Shown here: positions 54,490-63,873 of the stretch, in pieces | How the letters are laid out: each line of letters starts with the position of its first letter | Numbering within the stretch: position 1 is the stretch's first letter | Origin: Nitrospira sp. | Lineage (GTDB): Bacteria > Nitrospirota > Nitrospiria > Nitrospirales > Nitrospiraceae | NCBI GenBank assembly: GCA_046604365.1 | Contig: JBJACV010000007.1 | Coordinates: 121,877 to 185,876, forward strand | DNA: 64,000 bases | Reading direction: 5' to 3' | Position numbers and translations under genes: made by a program | Notes under the pieces: generated by a model | What the model was told of the DNA's origin: nothing | What the model saw: only the letters and a program-made list of their open reading frames with translations | Databases searched by the model: none

Positions 54490-56049
54490 ATGTTGGAAGA
54501 ACTCACAGCGGGGTTTCCGGTCCTTTCCTGCATTCTCTTTTTGCCCGTTCTGGGAGCCATCGTGCTGTGGCTGTTCGAGGATGAGGACATGATCCGGACG
54601 TCGGCGCTCGCCATCACGCTGGTTGAACTCGCGCTCTCGGTGTTTGTGCTGCTGCGGTTTGTGCCGGAATCGGCTGCCATGCAGTTCGCGGAGCGTGTGA
54701 GATGGATTCCCGCGCTGGGTATCAGTTACCACCTGGGCGTCGACGGCATCAGCGTACTCTTCGTGGGATTGACGGCTTTTCTGAGCGTGTTGGTCGTGAT
54801 CTATTCCTGGGACACGATCCGCCACCAAGTGAAGCTCTACATGATGTGTCTCTTGGCGCTTGAAACGACGACGATGGGCGTGTTCGTTTCATTGGATCTG
54901 ATCTTGTTCTTCGTCTTCTGGGAGCTGATGCTGATTCCCAGCTACTTTCTGATCAAACTGTGGGGTGGAGGCGCCGAGCGCCATTATGCGGCGTTGAAGT
55001 TCGTTCTCTACACCCTTTTGGGCAGTGTCTTCATGCTGGTCGGCATCGCCTTGCTCAATATCAACTTCCATCAGTGGGCGTCTTTGCACCATACGGATCA
55101 AAGCTATTCGTTCGATTTACTCGAGCTTCTCTCGGCGCCGATTCCGATGGATCAGCAGATCCTGATCTTCTGGCTCATGTTCATGGGATTTGCATTCAAG
55201 GCCCCGATCTTCCCGTTCCACACATGGCTACCGGATGCGCTGATGGAGGGCCCTATCGGCATGGCGGTGGTGCTGGCCGGACTGAAGCTTGGCACGTTCG
55301 GCTTTATGCGCTTCAGCCTGCCGCTTCTTCCCGATGCTTCCCAAAGCGACACGGTCGTGACCGTGGTTGTCGTGCTTGGACTATGCGCCATTCTGTATGG
55401 AGCCTGGATGGCGTTGGTTCAACCGGACTTCAGGCGTCTGTTAGCCTACAGCAGCGTCAGCCATTTGGGTTTCATCGTCGTGGGGCTGTTCTCGCTGAAT
55501 TACCAAGGTCTGCAGGGCAGCCTTCTGACGATGATCAATCTGGGATTCAGCACGGCCGGCCTCTTCTTTATTGCGGGGTTTCTCTATTCGCGTCAACAGT
55601 CCACGCAGCTGTCGGCGTTCGGGGGGATGGCCAAACAAGTGCCGCTCTTGGCCACGTTCTTTCTGATTATCGGACTGGCCTCGATCGGACTTCCGGGAAC
55701 GAACGGTTTTGTGGGGGAGTTTCTCATCCTCTTGGGCGCATTCAAAGCAAAGTGGTGGTTCGGAGCGGTGGCTGTGCTCGGCGTCATTTTTGGGGCGGCC
55801 TATTTTCTCTGGTACTACGAACGCGCCATGCTGGGCCCGGTCGGTAAGGCGGTGAAACAGACGATGAGCGACCTTCAATTGCGTGAGATGGTCATTGCCG
55901 TTTCGCTGTCGGTCATGATTCTGTGGATCGGGCTGTATCCGTCGCCCTTTCTTCGAATCATGAACGGATCGGTGCAGGCGCTCGTCGATCGGTTGAATCA
56001 CGGCACAGTGGCGGCACTCGGATCCTCCACGGCTGAAAAGGGACGCTGA
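54490..56049 (+). CDS. nuoM: NADH-quinone oxidoreductase subunit M (canonical copy)
   Basis: 519 aa. FFVFWELMLIPSYFLI (TM5 Glu), GFAFKAPIFPFHTWLPDA (TM7 Lys), LKLGTFG, and LAYSSVSHLGF. Confidence 0.9.
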   Translation: MLEELTAGFPVLSCILFLPVLGAIVLWLFEDEDMIRTSALAITLVELALSVFVLLRFVPESAAMQFAERVRWIPALGISYHLGVDGISVLFVGLTAFLSVLVVIYSWDTIRHQVKLYMMCLLALETTTMGVFVSLDLILFFVFWELMLIPSYFLIKLWGGGAERHYAALKFVLYTLLGSVFMLVGIALLNINFHQWASLHHTDQSYSFDLLELLSAPIPMDQQILIFWLMFMGFAFKAPIFPFHTWLPDALMEGPIGMAVVLAGLKLGTFGFMRFSLPLLPDASQSDTVVTVVVVLGLCAILYGAWMALVQPDFRRLLAYSSVSHLGFIVVGLFSLNYQGLQGSLLTMINLGFSTAGLFFIAGFLYSRQQSTQLSAFGGMAKQVPLLATFFLIIGLASIGLPGTNGFVGEFLILLGAFKAKWWFGAVAVLGVIFGAAYFLWYYERAMLGPVGKAVKQTMSDLQLREMVIAVSLSVMILWIGLYPSPFLRIMNGSVQALVDRLNHGTVAALGSSTAEKGR

Positions 56050-56053
56050 GTTC

Positions 56054-57760
56054 ATGGGTGAATACGCACTGCTCTATATTCTCTTCGCTCCCTTCGCCGG
56101 CGCGTTGGCGCTGATTCTGGTCTCGAATCGGCAGCCGATGCTGGTCCGAGGCATCGCCGCGAGTGCGGCCTTCGTGTCCCTGGTTGCATCAATATATTTG
56201 TTTTATGCCTACGATCCGGTCAAAGGCGGGTTCCAGTTCGTCCAGAAGTTCGAATGGTCGAGGCAACTCGGTATTTCGCTGTATCTTGGGGTGGATGGCA
56301 TCGGGACCCCGCTCGTGCTGGCCTCGGCGGTCTTGTTGTTTACGGGCATTTTTGTATCGTGGCACATCAGGGATCGCGCGAAAGAATTCTACATCTGGTT
56401 GCTGATTCTCGCCGCCGCCACGATCGGCGTCTTTATGTCCCTGGATCTGTTTTTCCTCTACTTCTTCTATGAGATGTCCGTGATTCCCATGTATCTCTTG
56501 CTGGGCATGTGGGGCAGCCACACCAAGCGGTATTTGGAGATGACGGATACGGAAGGACTCAAACTGAGAGATTCCGTCGGCTTCATTTTCAACTTCGGAT
56601 CGAACAGCAAGGAATACGCGGCGATGAAGTTGGTGCTCTTCTTGTCGGCCTTCGCGGTGGCGGCGCTGATGGGTATCCTGCTGATTTACAAGTATGCCGG
56701 GCTCAATACGTTCGACATTCTCGTGCTTCGCGAGCAGGCTCACCTCATGAATATTCCTGTGCTCGGCACAACCCTGGACAAGATCATTTGGGTGCTGGTC
56801 TTTTTCGGCTTCGCCTCGATCGCTCCGTTGTGGCCGCTCCATTCATGGTCTCCGGTCGGTCATGCCGCGGCTCCGGCCGCGACCAGTATGCTGCATGCCG
56901 GCGTGCTCATGAAACTTGGACATTTTTCGATTATTCGGGTGGCGTTTGAAATTTTGCCTGAGACGACCCGTGAGATGATGCCGATCGCGGCCGTCCTCTG
57001 CATGTTCAGCATCGTCTACGGAGGGTTTGTCGCCTTCTACGCCAAGGACACTAAATATGTCATCGGTTATTCCAGCTCGAGCCACATGGGTTATGTGTTT
57101 CTTGGGATGGCGGCATTGAATTACATCAGTTTGAGCGGCGCAGTCATTTATATGTTTGCCCATGCCATGGCCACCGGCATGCTCTTCGCCATGGCAGGGT
57201 GGGTTTACGACCAGACCCACACGCGGGATCTTCCATCATTGGGAGGCCTCTCGAACAAGATGCCGTTTATCTCCGGATGTTTCATCGTCGGGTGCATGGC
57301 CTCGATCGGCATGCCGGGGACAGTGAATTTCATCGCTGAAATCATGATCATCGTCGGCAGCTGGGAGAAGTATCCCCTTCAAGTCATTGTCGCCGTGCTG
57401 GGGATCGTTCTCACCATGGCCTATCTCTTCAAAATGATGCGGAGCCTGTTCTATGGGCCGATGAATCAACAATACAGCCATGCGCACGATGCCGTGTCGG
57501 CCGTTGATAGGCTGCCATTGCTGGTCATGATTGCCGTCAGCGTGGGATTCGGTATTTTTCCGATGCATTTGTACGATGTGGTTCGTTCAGGCGTCGATCC
57601 ATTAGTCGCCAGGATCACCCATGTTGTTCCGGTCGCCCAGAGCGGCGATGGGTTAGGGGTGAAGAGTGAGGCCACGATCCCGTTGGTCAGGGATCATGTT
57701 CCCCTTGTCGCAAACAACCCCGTACCTCTGACCGCTGACCCTTCACGAGGGCACGAATGA
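56054..57760 (+). CDS. nuoM: Second NuoM-type antiporter-like subunit (divergent copy M')
   Basis: 568 aa. LYFFYEMSVIPMYLLL, GFASIAPLWPLHSWSPVGH, LMKLGHFS, and IGYSSSSHMGYVF. It starts 4 nt after the first nuoM and overlaps nuoN by 4 nt. Confidence 0.85.
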   Translation: MGEYALLYILFAPFAGALALILVSNRQPMLVRGIAASAAFVSLVASIYLFYAYDPVKGGFQFVQKFEWSRQLGISLYLGVDGIGTPLVLASAVLLFTGIFVSWHIRDRAKEFYIWLLILAAATIGVFMSLDLFFLYFFYEMSVIPMYLLLGMWGSHTKRYLEMTDTEGLKLRDSVGFIFNFGSNSKEYAAMKLVLFLSAFAVAALMGILLIYKYAGLNTFDILVLREQAHLMNIPVLGTTLDKIIWVLVFFGFASIAPLWPLHSWSPVGHAAAPAATSMLHAGVLMKLGHFSIIRVAFEILPETTREMMPIAAVLCMFSIVYGGFVAFYAKDTKYVIGYSSSSHMGYVFLGMAALNYISLSGAVIYMFAHAMATGMLFAMAGWVYDQTHTRDLPSLGGLSNKMPFISGCFIVGCMASIGMPGTVNFIAEIMIIVGSWEKYPLQVIVAVLGIVLTMAYLFKMMRSLFYGPMNQQYSHAHDAVSAVDRLPLLVMIAVSVGFGIFPMHLYDVVRSGVDPLVARITHVVPVAQSGDGLGVKSEATIPLVRDHVPLVANNPVPLTADPSRGHE

Positions 57761-59250
57761 CCTTCACGCTGACTCTGTCCTTCGCCGATCTTCTGTTGCT
57801 GTTGCCGGAGATTGTGCTGACCTGCTGGCTCTGCGTCGTCGTGATTGTTGATTTCTCCGTTCCACGCTTGCCCAAGGAACAATTGGCCATTCTCAGCATT
57901 ACCGGCCTCCTGGCCACCCTAGGTTGTTTGGTGTGGTTCGATGTGACTCATGTGTCGGGCGCCCTGTTCGGCAATATGTTCGTGCTGGACCGCATGGCCA
58001 TCTTTTTCAAGATATTTATCGTCGGCTCGACGGCGCTTGTCATTCTTGCGTCGATTCAGTACGTCGAGCGTTTCAGATTCTTTCGGGGTGAATACTACGT
58101 GCTGGTCGTCATGTCGGCTCTCGGCATGATGTTCATGTCCTCGGCCAACGATCTGCTGTCCCTTTTCGTCAGCCTGGAGTTTTCGACCCTCGGGTTTTAC
58201 ATTCTGGTGGGCTATCTTCGTGAGGATTTGGCCTCGAATGAGGCCGGCCTCAAGTTCTTCATCCTGGGCGTGTTCGCCGCCGGGCTCCTCGCCTACGGTA
58301 TCAGTCTCGTCTACGGGGAGACGGGGAAGCTGGTGTTTTCAGAGATGAATCTATCCGCTACCCCGGGCGCGATCATCGGCTTCTTGCTGATCTTCGCCGC
58401 GCTCGGGTTCAAAATCGGAGCTGTTCCTTTCCATTCGTGGATTCCTGATACGTATCATGGCGCGCCGACGCCTGTGACGGCGTACTTATCGATCGCTCCG
58501 AAGGGCGCTGCGTTCGCTATCCTGCTCCGTATCTTCTTCGTGGCGTTGGCCTCCTTCAAACCGATGTGGGTCATTCTGTTGGTAGCGGTCTCTATCTTGT
58601 CGATGACTTATGCCAATATCGTGGCGATTGCCCAACGGAACATCAAGCGTCTTCTGGCCTATTCCGGTATCGCTCAGGTCGGGAACGTGTTGATCGGCTT
58701 GGCGGCTGGGACGAAAATGGGGAATGACGCCATTTTGTTTTACCTCTTGGCCTATCTTTTTGCGAATCTCGGCGCCTTTGCCGTTGTTATTGCCGTCAGC
58801 CACGCGATCGGCAGTGATGACATCGACGACTACAATGGTTTGAACCGCCGCTCTCCGTTCCTGGCCTTCTCGATGCTGCTGTTTCTCCTATCTCTAGCCG
58901 GGGTGCCGCCGCTGGCGGGGTTTATCGGCAAACTCTACATTTTCATCGCGGCGATTAAGGAAGGACTGTATACGCTGATTACGGTTGGGCTGATCAATAT
59001 CGTGATTTCGATGTACTATTACTTGATCGTCGTGAAGAAAATGTATATCAATGAGCCGACCAATCCCTCGCCTGTCACCATTTCTGGTCCGATGAAGGCT
59101 GTCGTCTATATCGGTCTGGCAGGAACATTGGTCATTGGCATTTATCCTCAGCCGTTCATCGATTGGGTTGTCGGCGCGACGCTCATGTTCTCGAACCTTC
59201 CCGCTCCTTCAGCCATCGTCACCCCGCCCGTCCCGCCCTTCGGCGGATAG
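57757..59250 (+). CDS. nuoN: NADH-quinone oxidoreductase subunit N
   Basis: 497 aa. SLEFSTLGFYILVGY, GFKIGAVPFHSWIPDTYHGAPTPVTAYLS, and LLAYSGIAQVG. Confidence 0.9.
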   Translation: MTFTLTLSFADLLLLLPEIVLTCWLCVVVIVDFSVPRLPKEQLAILSITGLLATLGCLVWFDVTHVSGALFGNMFVLDRMAIFFKIFIVGSTALVILASIQYVERFRFFRGEYYVLVVMSALGMMFMSSANDLLSLFVSLEFSTLGFYILVGYLREDLASNEAGLKFFILGVFAAGLLAYGISLVYGETGKLVFSEMNLSATPGAIIGFLLIFAALGFKIGAVPFHSWIPDTYHGAPTPVTAYLSIAPKGAAFAILLRIFFVALASFKPMWVILLVAVSILSMTYANIVAIAQRNIKRLLAYSGIAQVGNVLIGLAAGTKMGNDAILFYLLAYLFANLGAFAVVIAVSHAIGSDDIDDYNGLNRRSPFLAFSMLLFLLSLAGVPPLAGFIGKLYIFIAAIKEGLYTLITVGLINIVISMYYYLIVVKKMYINEPTNPSPVTISGPMKAVVYIGLAGTLVIGIYPQPFIDWVVGATLMFSNLPAPSAIVTPPVPPFGG

Positions 59251-59363
59251 TTTTCCCCGTTTCGCCGTTCGTGGGTTCTGCTACAATTGGCCGTGAGCGC
59301 ACGAGTTCTAGCGTACGCGGTTGCCACCCACACAATTGTCTTGGATTCCGGCCGGCACCGTCT

Positions 59364-60857
59364 ATGTTTATGGAATCACCTACAAAGGAACAGCCGCAAA
59401 TTTCGCTTGCACCGATTAGGGGACCTGAGCCTCACAGCCCCCCTCCCTTGCCTGGGTCATTCTGGCGCGCTCCGATCATGTGGTTTTTGGCACTTACGAT
59501 TGAACGGCGGATCTTGGCCGGGTTCAGTCTCGTGTTCGCCGGCATTCTCGTGATCAGTACAGTGTCGTATCGCAACACCAGCACGGTAATCGCCAACAGC
59601 GGGCTCGATACCCGCAGCCACGAACTCGTGCAGCTATTGACCAATATCGATATGGCAATGGACCAAACCGAGAACAATCACCGCCGGTATCTTGTCACAG
59701 GAGAAGAGCTCTATCTCGAGTCCTACCAGTCGGTCATCAAACAGAAGCCGACGTTTATCAAATACCTCGAACAGCTGACGGAGGGAGTGCCCGAACAGCA
59801 GGAACGCGTCGCGTTGCTCGAGCGAATGATGGATCGGCAACTGGCTGCGGAGGCCGATGCGATTACCGTCCTTACCAATAGAGGATTCGAGGCGGTCAAG
59901 AAAATAGCGCTCGAAGGAGCCGCAGCGCTGGAGATCAGTGAGATTCACCGGGTTGTTGCCGAAATGGAGGCATACGAACGGCAGGCATTGCGTCGGCGGG
60001 TGTTAGAATCTGCGGCCACGACGACGAATACGATCGTGCTGCTCAGCATTGGCGCGCTGCTTCAGTTCGTGCTGCTGGCGTCCGTATACTATTTGATCAG
60101 GCATGACATCACGGAACGGCGGCGTGTCGCCGATGAACTGCAGCGGCGCGGCGAACTTCTCGAGGCCGCGAACAAGGAGCTTGAATCCTTCAGCTATTCG
60201 GTTTCTCACGACTTGCGCGCTCCGCTTCGCCATATCGATGGGTATGCGTCGCTGTTGCGCAAAGCGGTGACTGAATCGTTGAACGAAAAGGCCGCCAGGT
60301 ATTTGCAGACGATCTCCGACTCTGCCAAACAGATGGGCCAACTGATCGACGATTTGCTGGTGTTTTCTCGGATGGGCCGTCAGGAGATGCTTCAAACGAC
60401 CGTTGATTTGAACCAACTGATCCGAACCATCCTTTACGATTTGCGACTTGACTTGCAAGGACGCGAGATATCTTGGACAATTGCCACACTCCCGGAAGTG
60501 CTGGGTGATCCGGCCATGCTCCGGCAGGTGTTTATGAATCTGATCGCGAATGCGGTGAAATTCACGAGCACCAGGCCGCGCGCGCACATTGAGGTCGGCA
60601 TTGACAGGCCGAGTTCCGGTGAAGTCGTCATTTTTGTGCGTGACAACGGAGTGGGATTCGATATGCAGTATGCCGGCAAACTATTCGGCGTGTTTCAGCG
60701 ACTCCATCGGATGGATGAATTTGAAGGAACCGGTATCGGCCTCGCCAACGTGCGTCGGATCGTGCATCGGCATGGCGGGCGCACCTGGGCGGAGGGCGAG
60801 CCGGATAAAGGAGCGACCTTTTATATTACGCTCCCAACCAGGAGGCCTCGATCATGA
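59364..60857 (+). CDS. CHASE3-domain sensor histidine kinase
   Basis: The track ORF begins at 59163, overlapping nuoN. The ATG at 59364 gives MFMESPT.., a TM helix, a CHASE3-like periplasmic segment (VSYRNTSTVIAN..HRRYLVTGEELYLESY), a second TM, the H-box FSYSVSHDLRAPLRHIDGYASLL, and an ATPase with DNGVGFD and GTGIGLANV. Confidence 0.8.
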   Translation: MFMESPTKEQPQISLAPIRGPEPHSPPPLPGSFWRAPIMWFLALTIERRILAGFSLVFAGILVISTVSYRNTSTVIANSGLDTRSHELVQLLTNIDMAMDQTENNHRRYLVTGEELYLESYQSVIKQKPTFIKYLEQLTEGVPEQQERVALLERMMDRQLAAEADAITVLTNRGFEAVKKIALEGAAALEISEIHRVVAEMEAYERQALRRRVLESAATTTNTIVLLSIGALLQFVLLASVYYLIRHDITERRRVADELQRRGELLEAANKELESFSYSVSHDLRAPLRHIDGYASLLRKAVTESLNEKAARYLQTISDSAKQMGQLIDDLLVFSRMGRQEMLQTTVDLNQLIRTILYDLRLDLQGREISWTIATLPEVLGDPAMLRQVFMNLIANAVKFTSTRPRAHIEVGIDRPSSGEVVIFVRDNGVGFDMQYAGKLFGVFQRLHRMDEFEGTGIGLANVRRIVHRHGGRTWAEGEPDKGATFYITLPTRRPRS

Positions 60858-61309
60858 CAGGCGCAAAACCGATCGTACTCGCTGAAGATAATCCGCGAGA
60901 CGCTGAGCTGGCTCTGGCCGCTATGGAGGAACAAAACATTTCCGACAAAGTGGTCCTCTGCCACGACGGCGCCGAAGTATTGGATTACTTGTATTGTCGA
61001 GGGCCGTTTGCTTCCCGGATGAAAGGGAACCCTGCGGTTATCTTTCTGGATATCAAGATGCCCAAAGTAAACGGGCTTGAGGTTTTGCGGACCATCAAGG
61101 GGGATACGCATCTCCGCCCCATTCCTGTCGTCATGCTCACCTCTTCCCGTGAAGAGCGTGACCTCGGCGAGAGTTACGCGCTGGGAGCCAATGCGTATGT
61201 GGTGAAGCCTGTTGAATTCCATCAGTTTGTCTCGGCCGTCAAGGAGCTGGGCACATTCTGGGGTGTGATCAACGAGCCTCCACCGCAGGGATCCGGTTCC
61301 GGCAAGTAA
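60854..61309 (+). CDS. Single-domain response regulator (Rcp1-like receiver)
   Basis: 151 aa. IVLAEDNPRDAELA, VIFLDIKMPKVNGLEVL, PVVMLTSS, and ANAYVVKPVEF. The start overlaps the kinase stop (ATGA). Confidence 0.85.
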   Translation: MTGAKPIVLAEDNPRDAELALAAMEEQNISDKVVLCHDGAEVLDYLYCRGPFASRMKGNPAVIFLDIKMPKVNGLEVLRTIKGDTHLRPIPVVMLTSSREERDLGESYALGANAYVVKPVEFHQFVSAVKELGTFWGVINEPPPQGSGSGK

Positions 61310-61326
61310 CTTTGAATGGAGCTTTG

Positions 61327-62934
61327 ATGACCACGCCTTTGCGAGTCCTCCAACTAGAGGATAATCAGACGGATGCCGACCTCATCGCCGCGCTGTTGGA
61401 AGAGGGGGGAATTCCTTGCGCTCCGATCCGCGTGGAAAGTCGTGCGGCGTTTGTTGCAGTCCTTAAAGAAGGCCTGATCGATCTGATTTTGGCCGACTAT
61501 TCTCTTCCTGGATTCGATGGTGCTGCTGCGCTTGAGCTTGCGCGCAAGCTGGCTCCTGAGATCCCGTTCATTTTCGTTTCCGGGACGCTCGGCGAGGAAC
61601 TCGCCATCGACACCATGCATCGCGGCGCCACGGATTACATTTTGAAACAGCGGATCGGCCGGCTTGTTCCATCGATTCAGCGAGCGCTTCGGGAACGGCA
61701 CGATCGGATGGAGCGGAAGCGGGCCGAGGACGCCTTGCGCCAGAGCGAGCAGCAACTTCGCCAGGCGCAAAAGCTGGAGGCCGTCGGCCGCTTGGCCGGA
61801 GGACTGGCGCACGATTTTAACAACATCCTGACCGTCATCATGGGCCACAGCCAGGTCTTGCTCAATGACTTGCCGTCGGACCATCCTGAGCGGGGCAAGA
61901 TCGAAGAGATGCGAAAGGCCGGCGATCGCGCGGCGGCGCTGATCAAGCAACTGCTGACATTCAGCAGAAAGCAGCCGGCTGTGCCGAAGGTGCTCGATCT
62001 GAATCCGGTGATCGGCAACTTTGAGACGATGCTTCGACGTTTAATCGGGGAAGATATCGAATTGGTCTTACGCGCGAGCCGAGAGCCTCTTCGAGTCAAG
62101 ACAGACCCCGCGCAACTCGAACAGATCGTCATGAATCTCGTTGTCAATGCCCGCGATGCCATGCCCAAGGGCGGAACGCTGATCATCGAAACCGCGTCGG
62201 TCGAGATCGACCGGACGCCGGTGTACCACCTGCGCCCCTTGCCTCCCGGTTCCTATGTGAAGCTCTCTGTATCCGACACCGGCTGCGGGATTTCACCGGA
62301 TGTTCAAGCCCACATGTTTGAGCCGTTTTTCACGACGAAGGAAGAAGGGAAAGGCACGGGACTCGGACTCTCCACCGTATTCGGCATCGTCACCCAAAGC
62401 GGGGGCGGGCTGGATGTGTCCAGCGCGATTGGGCGGGGCACTCGCTTTGATATTTACCTTCCGAAGATTATCGAGGAGCCGGAACGAGTCGTCGGTACGG
62501 AAGTCACGCCGTCGTCCACGAGCGGCCATGAGACCATTTTGCTGGTTGAAGATGATGCGGGCGTCCGCAGTCTGATTCGAGACGAACTTCGAAAGCTTGG
62601 ATATCGGGTCTTCGAGGCCAAACACGGCTTGGAGGCCTGTCTTGTCGGTACGCAGCAGATAGGCCGGCTCCAGCTCCTGCTCACGGATGTGGTCATGCCG
62701 GGAATGAACGGGCCGGAATTGGCCCAGCATCTTCGCGTGATCAAGCCTGAGCTGAAACTTCTCTTCATCTCCGGCTATACCGATGATGTTGGTCTGGGTG
62801 CCGGGGACCCAGCCTGTGGGTATCTGCAAAAGCCGTTCACTCCGGAGGCTCTGGCGAGGGCAATTCGCGAGCTTCTGGATTGGAATCCGGCCAGCACGGT
62901 GGTATCAAGTCAGCAAGGGACAGTGATCCGGTAA
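61327..62934 (+). CDS. Hybrid histidine kinase with receiver domains at both ends (REC-HisKA-HATPase-REC)
   Basis: The ATG at 61327 (GGAG 6 nt upstream; the track uses the TTG at 61312). It has an N-terminal receiver (VLQLEDNQTDADLI, LILADYSLPGFDG), the H-box GGLAHDFNNILTVIMGH, an ATPase with DTGCGI and GTGLGLSTV, and a C-terminal receiver (ILLVEDDAGVRSL, LLLTDVVMPGMNG). Confidence 0.85.
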   Translation: MTTPLRVLQLEDNQTDADLIAALLEEGGIPCAPIRVESRAAFVAVLKEGLIDLILADYSLPGFDGAAALELARKLAPEIPFIFVSGTLGEELAIDTMHRGATDYILKQRIGRLVPSIQRALRERHDRMERKRAEDALRQSEQQLRQAQKLEAVGRLAGGLAHDFNNILTVIMGHSQVLLNDLPSDHPERGKIEEMRKAGDRAAALIKQLLTFSRKQPAVPKVLDLNPVIGNFETMLRRLIGEDIELVLRASREPLRVKTDPAQLEQIVMNLVVNARDAMPKGGTLIIETASVEIDRTPVYHLRPLPPGSYVKLSVSDTGCGISPDVQAHMFEPFFTTKEEGKGTGLGLSTVFGIVTQSGGGLDVSSAIGRGTRFDIYLPKIIEEPERVVGTEVTPSSTSGHETILLVEDDAGVRSLIRDELRKLGYRVFEAKHGLEACLVGTQQIGRLQLLLTDVVMPGMNGPELAQHLRVIKPELKLLFISGYTDDVGLGAGDPACGYLQKPFTPEALARAIRELLDWNPASTVVSSQQGTVIR

Positions 62935-62967
62935 CCATCCCAGACAACGATCTATCGGCCATATGCC

Positions 62968-63873
62968 ATGATCGACGACTTCATGTCAGGTGTTCACTGC
63001 GGGGCATCCGATTCAATCGAGAGGCGGCGATTCCCGACCGTCGCTGGCGGCAAGGCGGGTCGTCTATTCGGCTATGTTCTTGCGTTCTGCACGCTGCCGT
63101 GCGTCACTTTTGCTGAGAATATCAAGTGGGAACAGCTTGCGGATGGTGTTGCTGTGTCAGTGTGGACTCCGGGCGAGCCTTGTCCGGCCGTGCCGTCCTT
63201 GTTGGCCATTGAGATCGATCCGGATCTTGCCAGGTTTGCGATCCATCACTATGCGCATGAAAAACTTGCACAGCCTCCGACGATCGAAGAATGGCAGAAG
63301 CGGACGGGCCATGATGTCATTTTCAACGCGGGCTTGTTTCGTGAAAACTTCGCCTATCTCGGCTTACTATATAAAGACGGCCGGTCATTGGGGAGCCGCC
63401 GGCACGCAACATGGCAGGGAGTATTTGTCGCGGAGCCCTTGGTTTCAGGCGTGAAGAAGGCTCGAGTACTCGACTTGGCGGTGGAGGCCTTTGATGAGCA
63501 ACATCCGCCCTATCAAGAGGCAGCCCAGGCGCTGATGCTCTTGGACCGGAATCGGACGATTCGTGTTCGTCAGACAGGGAAGCGGGCATATCAAACGATT
63601 ATTGCTGAAACGGACAAGGGACGCATTCTCATCTTCAAGAGCCGAGACGTCACGTCTCTGTATGATATTGGCCGATGTCTTCGGGATACGTTGTCCGTCG
63701 TGCGTCAGGCGATGGCTATGGATGGAGGCTCATCGTCAGACGTACTTGTTTCGGAGTCGCTGTGGCAGAGAGACCAGCAGAATGAGAATCGAGTTTTCTG
63801 GAAGGCCTTGTTTAGCGGAAGCACCTCCGCGCACATCCCATTACCGACGGTCATCGGTGTGAGCCGGCGCTAA
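62968..63873 (+). CDS. Possible phosphodiester glycosidase family (DUF2233-like) secreted protein
   Basis: 301 aa. Signal-like segment LFGYVLAFCTLPCVTFA, and the C-terminal AMAMDGGSSSDVLV resembles the NxDGGGS motif of this family. The family assignment is weak and by eye. Confidence 0.45.
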   Translation: MIDDFMSGVHCGASDSIERRRFPTVAGGKAGRLFGYVLAFCTLPCVTFAENIKWEQLADGVAVSVWTPGEPCPAVPSLLAIEIDPDLARFAIHHYAHEKLAQPPTIEEWQKRTGHDVIFNAGLFRENFAYLGLLYKDGRSLGSRRHATWQGVFVAEPLVSGVKKARVLDLAVEAFDEQHPPYQEAAQALMLLDRNRTIRVRQTGKRAYQTIIAETDKGRILIFKSRDVTSLYDIGRCLRDTLSVVRQAMAMDGGSSSDVLVSESLWQRDQQNENRVFWKALFSGSTSAHIPLPTVIGVSRR

